DNA of 64,000 nucleotides. Source: the human T2T-CHM13v2.0 reference genome, Homo sapiens. The position numbers were made by a program, and so were the translations under genes. The notes below the pieces were generated by a model. The model was not told the DNA's origin, did no database searches, and saw only the letters and a program-made list of their open reading frames with translations. The stretch lies in assembly GCF_009914755.1 (NCBI RefSeq), contig NC_060936.1, one strand, 5' to 3'. Shown here one piece after another: positions 1 through 10,500 of the stretch (within the stretch, counting starts at the first letter, position 1; each line of letters starts with the position of its first letter).

Positions 1-349
1 CCAAAGTTAAAAGCTGGGATATGGGCGTATACTGCAAGACCAAATATTTAGGAAATACCTTTTTCTGGAAAGGAAAGAACACATTTCACAGCTGAAAAGA
101 GAAGTGAAAAATGAAACTAAAGAAGCGTGGAGGTAATATTTACTTGCTAGATTTATACAGTGCCTACCTTTAGAAAAGCTGGGCTATAAATCCTGCACGT
201 GACCCCCTAACACACATACACTCTGTTCCCAGTGACTTGGCTCTTTGTGAATTATCTGCAGCATATTTTGCAATCATTTCACCCTGTTCATCTCCCTGCA
301 GCCCTGCCCCCACCAGCTCACCCACACTTCACCCCTCAGAAGAATGAGT

Positions 350-608
350 AAGATAATAGTAGAGACTGAGTTTGGTGTCAGATATGCCTGGGCTAAGTCC
401 AGGCTCCACATTTACTCAGCTGGGTGACCCTGGACATTGTAATTCAAGTCTCGAAGTCTCAGTTTCCATATCTGTAAAATGGGGATAATCATGACGATAA
501 CACATAGCTTATTGGATCGCAGTGAGGATTAAATAAGATAAAGGCTGTAAAGGGCCTATCACAGTACCTGGCACAGAGCACTCAGTAGTGTTAGCTATTA
601 TTATTATT
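350..608 (+). mobile_element. MIR SINE
   Basis: Core CTCAGTTTCC..ATCTGTAAAATGGGGATAAT, then GTGAGGATTAAAT and CCTGGCACA, with a (TAT)n tail. Confidence 0.85.
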
Positions 609-1024
609 CCTGCACTTGTGTGTAAAGGGGATGCAAACCAATTTTACTATTCATTTAAACAAATTATCAGCTACAGCAGCCTCTGAAACACAGGCCTATA
701 ATGCATCCTAAAGTAAATGCGAAATATTTGAATTTGTGTCATTTCTAATTTTCTCTATTAAGTTGAAAATTGAGTATGAACACACCAGAATGGCAAAGAG
801 GCCAGATTTCTCTTGTAACCAACAAAATTGAGATCGCTATTAACATTAGAATGAAGATGACCGAAACAGCTTAATACTTCTCCCAGGGGCACTTGCATTT
901 TACACTGGGGCCAGAACCACTGGACAAAGGAAGGAAACAGGAGTGGTAAGGTTTCAGGTACCAAGGGACGGACAGATGCATTTTCATAGGGGGAATTGCA
1001 ACACTCCTGAAAGTATCTCAGGCA

Positions 1025-2090
1025 CTCACTCATTTATTCAATACATATTATGTACTTACTATCTGCCAGATACTGCTCTAGGCACTGGTGAACAAAATAG
1101 ATGAGACACCTGCCTTCATGGGGGTTACATTTTAGTGGGGGGATACAGACAATAAGCAATAAAGTTAATGAATAAGTAAACTATATAGTATGTTAGACAG
1201 GATTTCAGTAAGAGTAAGGGGAGATAGGGAGCGCTGTGGGGGTCTGTCAGTACTGAATCAGGATGAGGTCCTGGTGAGCCTCACTGAACAGGTGAGATTT
1301 GCGGAAAGCCTTGAAGAAGCCGAGGGAGTTTGTGTTTCAGGCAGTGGGAATAGCTAGAGCAAAGGCCTTACAATGTGCGTGTGTGTTGAGGGGTCATTCC
1401 TGGAGTGTCTGGGGCCCAGCCAGGAGGCTAGTGTATCCCGAGTGAGGGGGACAGCAGTAGGAGATGATGTAAGGGGATTTGTACTCAGCCATTCCTGTAG
1501 GTCACCACAAGGACCATGGCTTTTACTAAGTGAAATGGGTAACCATGGATGGTTTTGAGCAGAGGAGTGCTGGGATGTGATGTTTTAAATGGGTTACTCC
1601 GACTGCTGTATTGAGAAAATACCAGAGGGGAGAGGGAAGGTAGACCAGGGGGATCAGCCACAGGAGAAACCTGGGTGAAGGATGCTGGTTCAGCCCCAGG
1701 TGGTGGCAGTGCAGGAAATGAGAAGTGGTCAGGTTCTGAATTCACCTGAAGGTAGGGTCAACAGGATCTCCTGATGGACTAGACGTGGAATGATGAGAGA
1801 AAGGAGTCAAGAGTGACTCCAGGATTTTGAACTGAGCAACTAGAAGTATGGGATGGTCATCGACTGCGATGGGGAAGGCTGTGTGAGGAGGAGCAGGCTT
1901 TGAAGAGATCAGGAATCCAGTGTTTGGATGTATTAGGCTTGAAATGTCTATCAGACGGAGTCAGCTGTAGTCTGGAATTCAGGAGAGAGGTCTGGGCTGG
2001 AGATAGACATTTGATATAGACAGCTGCTGAAAGCCACGGGAATGGTTAGGGTCACCCAGGGAATGAGGGTGGATGTGGAGGCGAGGAGGT
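1025..2090 (-). mobile_element. L2 LINE 3' fragment
   Basis: CATTTATTCAA..TACTATCTGCCAG..CTAGGCACTGG start and typical L2 body motifs (TTTTGAGCAGAGGAGTG, GGAGTCAAGAGTGACTCCAGG). Confidence 0.8.
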
Positions 2091-2849
2091 CTTATGTGGA
2101 GGCAGGTAGAGGTTTTCCCCAAGAGGGAGTTGTAGGCCCCCCTGAAAGGGATCACGAAGCCCCACTGGAGGGGAGCCCGGTCCTGCAGGGGGTGCCGTGG
2201 AACTTGCTGTGGTTGCAGGGAGTGATGGAGGGAAGTGTTTGCTTCTCCGGGAAGGAGAGGTGCTGGATAGATTCCTGCCGGAGTTGCAGAAATAATTAAG
2301 AGAAGTAGGTAAGGATATCCTAGTAGAACACGTGCTCGGCTGCCTCCAAGGAATTATTAAACCTGGGTCTAGGAATCTGTTCAGACATCTGGGCACCGCT
2401 GCCTCGCCTACCAGGCTCCGCCTCGCTGCCCCTCCCGCTTCCCCTCCCCTCCTCTATCTGTCACTTCTACAACCGCTCTGATTATAATTGATCAAACAGA
2501 ATCACGGAATCACGGCTCATCTTGCCGTTTTGTTCAGTGGCCCGATCCGAAACGAGACTCTGGTAGTCGGGCAAATTGTATTCCTCCTCCTTGGAATTCC
2601 GCTCACAGAGGCCTTCCCGGCGTGGCCGGCCCAGCAGGGACGCGCCGCCGCAGCGGAGGAGAGAACGCGGGCGGGGGGCTGCAGGCCGGCGCGGGGGGCG
2701 CGACGCCGCCGGCGGGGCGCGAGGGGGTGTGTCCGCGCCGCGGCCACCGCGGCCACCGCGGCTGGCGCCCGGGTGCCCCGCGCGCCCCGGCCTCCCCGGG
2801 GGCTCCTCACGCCGCCCCTCGCCCGCCGGCGGCCGGGGCCCGCTCCCTT

Positions 2850-2857
2850 TGACGTCA
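2850..2857. promoter_or_regulatory. Full palindromic CRE (TGACGTCA)
   Basis: Exact consensus inside the CpG island, 840 bp upstream of the ATG. Confidence 0.7.
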
Positions 2858-3020
2858 TGCGGGCGGAGGGCTCGCTCGGGCGGCGCTGCCGCGGGCGCCG
2901 GGAGGGGGCCCGACTTCGGGCTCCAGTCCGCCGCCGTGCGCCCCGCGCCGTGCGCCCGGCTCCCTGCGCGCCGCCGCAGCCACATCTGGAAGCGTTCAGC
3001 GCGTCTGCCTCCGGCGCGCC

Positions 3021-3083
3021 GGGCGGGCGGGCGGGCGGCGCGGGCAGGGGCGGGCGCGGGCGCGGCGGGGCTGGGCCGGGGGG
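3021..3083 (+). promoter_or_regulatory. GC-box cluster / G-quadruplex-forming tract
   Basis: GGGCGGGCGGGCGGG at 3021-3035 followed by further G3+ runs up to 3083. Confidence 0.65.
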
Positions 3084-3109
3084 AGTGAGCGCGGCGCTCT
3101 CGCGCGCCC

Positions 3110-3688
3110 GGTGTCTCCCTCTCGCTGCCTCTGCAGAAACAGCTCCTGCCAGAGCGGCGCTCGGCGCGGCGCGGCGGGCCCGGAGCGGCGGCGGCGGCTC
3201 TTCCTGCCTCCGCGCCCAGGAGTTGCCGGCTCCCTTTGACAGCAGAGAGCCGGGCAGGGGCCTCAGGAGGACTCGCTGGGAGTGGGCAGAGGCGCCTCGG
3301 CCCCTGCCGGCCCAGGCGGGCCCCGCGCGCCCCCCGCCCCTCCTCTCCGCCTCTTCTCGCCCTGCCTCTCCCGATTTATTTTTTCAAATGGTGTAGCCGC
3401 CGGAGGTGCGGTGCTCAGTTCTTGGAAGGGGCCCGGATGTACTGAGGATGCGTTACAGTTTCACTCGAGGAGGCAGTAGTGGAAAGGAGCAGTTTTTGGG
3501 GTTTGATGCCATAATGGGAATCAGGTAATCGTCGGCGGGGAAGAAGAAACGCTGCAGACCACGGCTTCCTCGAATCTTGCGCGAAAGCCGCCGGCCTCGG
3601 AGGAGGGATTAATCCAGACCCGCCGGGGGGTGTTTTCACATTTCTTCCTCTTCGTGGCTGCTCCTCCTATTAAAACCATTTTTGGTCC
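3110..3688 (+). other. CACNA1C: 5'UTR of CACNA1C exon 1b (5' boundary approximate)
   Basis: Sequence immediately upstream of the start codon within the CpG island. The TSS is inferred from the pyrimidine-rich stretch near 3110-3135 downstream of GC boxes and cannot be read exactly from sequence. Confidence 0.6.
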
Positions 3689-3737
3689 ATGGTCAATGAG
3701 AATACGAGGATGTACATTCCAGAGGAAAACCACCAAG
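3689..3737 (+). CDS. CACNA1C: CACNA1C exon 1b coding portion (N-terminus of Cav1.2 alpha-1C, short N-terminal isoform)
   Basis: ATG at 3689 translates MVNENTRMYIPEENHQ plus the first base of a Gly codon, which I recognise as the human Cav1.2 exon-1b N-terminus. It is 49 nt long, ends at the consensus donor AAG|GTAAGG (GT at 3738) and lies in a CpG island. Confidence 0.97.
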
Positions 3738-4164
3738 GTAAGGCTGGACCCCGCCGCCTCGCCGGGGCTCCCTGCCTTTTCCACCGGGTTCCTGCCCTAC
3801 CCGCGCTCCCCGCGGCCCCGGGGCCGGTCCCTGCGGAGTGGCCCGGGGCCGCGTCCGCGAGGGGCGCCTCCGCCTCGTCGGAGCGCCCGGGAGCCCGGCG
3901 GGACCGGGGCCCGAACCGCCGCGCGAGACGGAGCGGAAAATTCCCGCCCCTCCCCCTCCGGGCCCCAGCTTCTCCAGAGCATGTGTTTCCTATGAAATTC
4001 CAGGCGAGGGGGGAAAAGTTCCCCAAGTGGCTGCCGCCGCCTCGCTTTCTCGCGTCCGCCTGGAGAGCCCGGCTGCCTGGCCAGCCGCGCGGGGGGCAGA
4101 GGGCGCCGGCGCCGCGGAGCCCAGAGGCCCGGGGTCCCTCGCCCGGCTCGGGGCGCGGCTGGGA

Positions 4165-4178
4165 GCGCGCGCGCGCGC
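4165..4178. repeat. (GC)7 tract
   Basis: GCGCGCGCGCGCGC read directly. Confidence 0.9.
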
Positions 4179-6296
4179 ACCCTGCGCCGGCAGAGCCCGG
4201 CGCCCACGGCCGCCCCTGGGGCGCCCTCGCGCTGCCCGGCGTCCACTCTCGTCCAGGCGCCCCTGCCCTGGGCGGCGCGCTCCAGGTGGCGGGTGGGGGC
4301 GGCGGTGCAGATGTGAAGCCCAGCGCGCCCCTCTGGTTCCCCCTCTGTAGGTCCCCTTCTTCCTCTCTCCCTCCCTCCTCCGCCGCTCACCTACACCCAC
4401 CCACCTCTCCACTGCTGTTGACCCCGAGCGCGCCCACGCCGCGTGTGTTCTCATTCGCACCCACATGTGGGCTAGCACCTGAGGATGGAAGCGGCGAGGA
4501 GCCGGGCGGTGTGTGGGCTTTGCTGTTTCGTGTTTGAAGGAGATCATGAAAGGGTGTGCCTGGCTCACGCGGCTCCATACTATTGCCCAGTGTTTTCCGA
4601 GCATCTCCATCCTTGGCCGCGAGTGTCACCAGCTCCCCCTGTGATGGTGAAAGGCAGTCAGGTAACTCCCTACTTCCTGGAAACTTTCTCCCTCACCGCT
4701 CTCCCCCCATATTAACAAGTTGTTTTCTTGGACGTTGCTTAGCATTTAAGGTTTTGGGGACGGGGGGTGCAGACAGGGTGGTCCAGCGGGGCTTTCTGGC
4801 AACCTCCAGGCATGACATCTCTTTCTTCTCGCCACTGCTCTGTCTCTTTGGGTGTAGTCTCTCCCTTTTCTCTCCCAGTTCCCAGAGCCTCCCTGTTTGC
4901 ACTCTTCCTCTTCTCTTCCCCTGAAAGCCTATCTGTCACTGCTGGTCTCTGTTCCTTCCCTGGGTTCTTCCCAGTGATCCTCTGAAGACCAGCCTGGTGG
5001 AAGGAGTTGTCTCCAGGTCTTTTTGTCCAGCTTTTTCCCTCTGTTTGCTCCCAGCTCCACCTTTTGGGGACAGGGCCTTCACTCTTTAGAGCCAGAAGCT
5101 GCCATCCAGCCTGCCTGGTCTCCATCTATCCTGAAACCGATTTTGGGGCCAGTCTTCTCTGCTTTCCAGCATGGGTGGCAGCTTGGGGATTGTGGCCTCC
5201 TTTGGAAGAAAGAATCTTGTCAAGGGTCATGGGTTCTAGGGTGAGCCAGAGCTTTGGGGTCACAAGGGCAGTATCCATGTTTGGATTTCTCTACTGTTGA
5301 CCCCATCCCTCACCTGATCCCCTCTCCCTTCTGTAGCTGATGGGCTAGTGAATGGTTTAGGAGGGAAGGAGTGAGACACAAAAGAGGGTGGTATTTGTGA
5401 AGAGTGGGGATGCAAGATGACTCCCCTCCAGGTTCTGAGACTGCGTGCTTTACCCACCTCCTCAGTCTAAGCAGCATTGAAGAGGAGAGCTCTGTAGTAT
5501 TGCCCTAAGTATCACTGTCAATGGCAATGTACTGTGGTAATAATAGTGATTATTCACCTTATTCACAGGATGATAATCTTAACTAGTTTACAAGGTCTCC
5601 TCTTAGTGCAGGATAAACCCCTTCTGAACCCATTTCCTTACTCTGGTTGTTTTCTTTGGCCCCTTTGCCTCTCAGCATCTCCCTGCTGTATGCTGGGAGC
5701 AGACATTAAAAGTAGGAGTGCCAACCCCAGAGAGGTTCCTGAGAAAGGTAGAGGGGAAGGGAGCAAGGGAGCCAGCGGCTGAGAGCTCTACCTTTCCAGC
5801 AACATGCCAGCAAACGCTATGGCAACCTGAATTCCAGTTCTCTCCCTTGAAGCTGCAGTGATTATATAATTCATGGGAGCAGTTTTGCCTCCATTTCTAG
5901 ATGCGGTTCCCAGGTGGAAGAGCACCAAGATCCCTGTCTCCCCTCTACTCTCCATCTTCTCTTCTTTAGTTGGTTGGCATTGCCGAGGTTGTTGGGGTAG
6001 GAGAGGGGAGGAGGGTGGTGGAGGTGGGAAGGGCAGACCTAGAACAGAATGAATATTGACAAGGAAGAGGTTGCTGTGGCTAATCACTAAAGGGGGCGGG
6101 TGAGCCATCATAGGGGTTAGAGTTTCAGGAGACAGAAGAGGAGTCTAGGACTGCCTCAGAAGATCAGTAATGGTGACGAAACAAAGAGTCGAGAACCAAA
6201 AAAGTTGTCAGTGGCGGGGGCTGTGCATTCCTCTCTTCCCGACATGCTCTGAGATGTGGAATGCACCAGTCCTTGCTCCCTCACCTTTTCCGTGGA

Positions 6297-6316
6297 GTGT
6301 GTGCATGTGTGAGTGT

Positions 6317-6360
<44 letters not shown>
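6297..6360. repeat. (GT)n microsatellite, pure (GT)19 at 6323-6360
   Basis: Read directly. Confidence 0.97.
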
Positions 6361-6361
<1 letters not shown>

Positions 6362-7506
6362 GAGGGTCGAACTGGAGACTGGAGGTCAGTGCCTGGGAAC
6401 AGCCTGGAAGTTCATTGAAGGACCAGCTTCTGACCCTGGGTTTCAGGCTGGGGTGGCACACTCAAGCCTTGCCTCGCCTCTGGTGCCCTGTCTGCTCTGG
6501 GCCTGTGCCAGCCTCCCACTTTTCTGGGCCGATTTTCTATTGCAGGCTCCAGCTAGCAAATGAGTGTCTTAATAGTCAACCATTGAACAAATAAAACACC
6601 AGAATGTCCCTTATCTGCTAGAGACAAGGCAGAGGGGAGAAACATGTGTTTGGGGAGTGCAAGACACACTGTGCTTTTCTTTTAACTACTTAGCGATTCA
6701 GCAGAATAAGAATCACTGTAATAAGGTAATAATAATAATGATCACAGTTAACTTTCTTTACAAATGGTCAGAGAACAACATTGCTCGCACATCAGCTTGA
6801 GCAGGTTAAAGAAAGCTGTGGCAATAGCTTTGCTTTTTCTTGATCCTGCATGGAGAAAACTGGAGGAAAGGGGCTATTGGAGTTCATCATATTATTCCTA
6901 CTATTGGTCAGGCACTTTTTAGTGTTTTAGAATATGACAATATATTAAAAAGAGTCAATTTTTCATTATTTCCATAGAATACACACTAACAGTATTTAAG
7001 TGTGTGTGTGTATACATACACACATGGAATAAGGAAAAGCTATTTTAAATAGATCACACGAGAGGCTAATGCCCTTCAGGGACCTGGGGTGTTGAGAGAG
7101 AAGTATTGATAATGCAGTCTCCTAAGACTGTTTAAAGATTTCTTCTTCATAGTAAAGGGAGACTTGTTCTTACAGGTAGATGCTGCAGGCACAGTGCTTT
7201 GTAAATGAAATGATGAGCCGTTAGCCCCGTGGGACCATCTCTCAGTCTTGGCAATGACCTAGGTCTCTTCAATTTGTTCTTCAAATAAAACTGCTTGAGT
7301 TGGGTTCTTCTGTAAGACCTATCAAAGGGATCCAAGGAGCATACTGACTGGAGATTTCGAGGCCCTGCTCATCTTGGGATCCCTGCTTCCTAGTACAGGC
7401 CGCTGCTCAGTCCAGGGCCTCGATGCAAGGCTGAACAAATAAATGTCTGCGTGAATGAATGAATGCGACCTGGCCAGACCTGCAGTAGATGTGGCTTCTG
7501 CCTCTT

Positions 7507-7520
7507 CCAGTAGGTGGCGC
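7507..7520 (+). promoter_or_regulatory. Candidate CTCF site
   Basis: CCAGTAGGTGGCGC matches the CTCF core CCASYAGRKGGCRS. Confidence 0.6.
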
Positions 7521-10500
7521 CACAGGGCTTAGGAGTCAGGAAAGGGGCTTCAGGGTCCGCCTGGTGATGAAAGGTGTAGGGGGAGTTTAGAGCTTGTGAC
7601 CTGTTGGGGCTGTGCTGCTTCCATCAGGCCCACACCTGCCCCGGCACAGGTAACCCAAAAGACCAGTGTGTCTCCGTGCCGCCGCACACACTGGAGGCCC
7701 TCGCGGCATCACTGAGGGACCCAGGTCCCACAGTGACCTCTCCACCCTGTTGTAATGAGAACTCCTTTGGAGCCCACCCAGTCCGTCGCAGGCTCTTCCC
7801 ACAGACGTCTGTTCCCTTCCAGCACAGACAGCATCCCGCCGAGCCTGGAGGAAGCCTTTTGGGTGAATCGCTGAACTTGGTATGGCCAGATGTTAATTTT
7901 CTCCCTGATTTTTCACTGATGGTTTAGTAACCAGAGGGCCCGGTGGTGCCCAAGCCCAGTGGAGCATGGGGTGACCTGAAGCATGGGATCTGGGAACCCA
8001 GACCTGTGCAGTCACAGAGCTTGCCAGCCAAAGGCAGGAGGACATTTTCCTAACTTTAATAGGGAAAAGAACACAAAAACAACTGGGTGCACTTCACAGT
8101 TGATTTCCGTTTATGAGTCTGCCTGGATCTCCTGCTGGGTAATGGCAGAAAAGCTCAGGAGACCCAGGTTAGGAAGTAACTGAGATTTGTTCTAATTTCC
8201 AGTGATGTTTTCCAGCGCCTGGCATTTTCTTTTCTATTCCTTTCTTCACTCGGTTTTCTTAGTTGTGTGGCAAGTTCCATGAGGTCTGAGAAGCCCTTGG
8301 CACTGTGCTAAGAAGGGGTGAGTGGCTGGCAGCACTTTCTTCCTTTTACAGTAATTCCTCCCGCCTGATACAGCAGCTGTTTGTTCTGTAGGAGGTACAG
8401 GTCAGCCGGCGTCATCTCACCTCTTCCTTGCTGGGACCCTGAAATCAGTGCTGAGCATTCAGATTTAGCAGACAATTTTATTTTCCAATATGGACTACAG
8501 AAAGCTGATAGACTGTTTGCGAAACACCTGGAGACTTAACAACAAGCCTAATTAACAAAATAATCACACTGATTTCATCTGTTTCTAGATTCCATCCTCA
8601 CAGTTGCCTAGGTTAATGTTGGGCACTGTGGAGGAGAACAGAAGATTGGTTTTAAAAAAAAAGGCATGGGGAATTGTTTTGCAACATATCAGGTGCCAAA
8701 TATTTAGGGACAGAAGTGCTAAACATTCTGATAATGAAATAACACTCTGAGCCATGGCTGTCATTATTAAAATAATTTAGTAAACACCTGTTTACATGTA
8801 CCTCAAGGTTAGATACCACGTAAAACAAGTAAAAGTGACAGGATCCCTCGGGGAAAATGGAATGGAATGTTTTTCGGTGTCATTTCGAAGCCGGGTGTGT
8901 AGACTTAAACTGAACCCACTGCAGAAAAAGCAAAATGGAAGGCTGAAATAATGAATGCCATCATTTGAACTGAAACCTGGGCACTCCAGAAGAGCTCTTC
9001 TCTGTGTTTTAATTCCTAGATGGGGTGCTTATTTGCTCAAGACCAGGCTTTCCTGAGCCTGTGTAGACACGGGCCTGGAGCAGGTAGACAGACCCTCTTG
9101 GTTTCTATAGTTGAGGCACCCCTGGAGGCAGCTGTTTATCATGGCAGGAAGGGAAGTGGATGCATTCTCTACTGCCCCCTTTCCCCTGCCGAATTCAGGC
9201 AGGACCCGCGCAGGTCCCTGGAGAACCTTGCTTCAGTGCTAGCTGTGTGTACCGTGTGGGCAGGACCCCAGCTGGGAGATGGGGAGCCCAGGATGACCCC
9301 ACAGAAAAGCAGAGCTGTGAGATGGCTGGAGCCTCCGAGAGCTGAGATGCAGAAGGTGAGGGGAAGCCAGAGGAGCCCCAACTCCCTAGGGTGTCTGGGA
9401 GGGTTTGGGGAACAAGGTCATCAGGGTAGTCAGTTACTCCTTGTGGAGCTGAACTGAATTTAAGTTGGGATTGTAGGGACTGTAGGAGAGAAGTTTGGGC
9501 CTGGAGCTCAGGAGTCGGACCGAGGTTGAAAATAGACCCTTCCTTCCCTGGAAGCCGAGGGAACTAGAGGAAGGGTTCATCTGGCTGAAGCAGAGGGTGA
9601 GGAAAGCGGGGGTTAACTGGCAAGAAACCCAAACCTCTCAGCCCCTCCCCTCCCCAAAACCCCACAGAACAGTTCTCTGCAAAACACCTTCACTTTAAAA
9701 TGGGCTTCTTGTGCTATACCCTGTGTGTATAGGGGGCAAGGGGCTAGGCTCTGGTTCGTTAAAGGGTTTGTCAAACATAGAATAAATGTAATGTCTCTTT
9801 GGGAATTTACTTTCTAGGATCAGGACATTTTATGGGTAAAGGAACCTTAGAGACAATCCTCATTTCCAGTTGAGAAAACAGAGGCCCCTAAAGGTTCATG
9901 GAGGCAGGGATGTAACTAAATACAAGGTCTTCAGTCTCTTCATCCTCCTGCCTGTACCACACTTGGTGCTGGCCCCCTGAGAGAGCATTGTTAGTGCTTC
10001 TGGCTAAATTTTGCTTGGTAGATCTTTCAACCTCTCTATTCTTCCTCCCCCTGCCTCCACCTTTGTACTGCCTTAAAATAATTTCTGCGATGTTAGATTT
10101 AGGAATGGAGTTGGAAGGGTGGGGTGGGGGAAATCTATCATTGGAAAGGTTTAAAAACACTTTCTTAGGCTACAGAGTAGAAGTTCATACATGTCCACAA
10201 GAAACTCCTGCAAAATTCAGATCACGATTTTGTCTGCAAACAGATCTGCCTCTAAGCCTTTTTTATTTGCTCACTTCCTCTCGGCCCCAATCTAGGCTTG
10301 TTTCAGCCCCTTTGCGAGAGTGGGATGGGGATGGGAAGCCGGGCTGTGCTGTGGGACTTCCCTGGTGAGCTGCTGGGATTCTTCATGGACCAGCTGGCAT
10401 TACCAGTAGCTGGGGTATAGACACACAGATCAGCCCCAGGGTAGAGACTGTGAGACAGGCTGCCACAGACTCCACCTGAGCTGGGCGACCAAGGGCGTCT

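Larger units (their letters stand above)
2330..4520. promoter_or_regulatory. CACNA1C: CpG island / TATA-less promoter of CACNA1C exon 1b
   Basis: Very high GC and CpG density (core ~2600-4510) with multiple GGGCGG/CCGCCC boxes, spanning the first exon and donor. Confidence 0.93.

Noticed and set aside
3522-3530. Alternative donor CAG|GTAATC fusing the 3448 uORF to exon 2
   Set aside because: It would leave phase 2, whereas exon 1b ends in phase 1, so no in-frame alternative N-terminus results; no other support.
2482-4610. Long ORFs of 150-300 aa on both strands across the CpG island, including 3689..4537 read through the donor
   Set aside because: Low-complexity Arg/Ala/Gly/Pro translations caused by stop-codon scarcity in GC-rich DNA. 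Only 3689-3737 matches a known protein, and it ends at a canonical donor.
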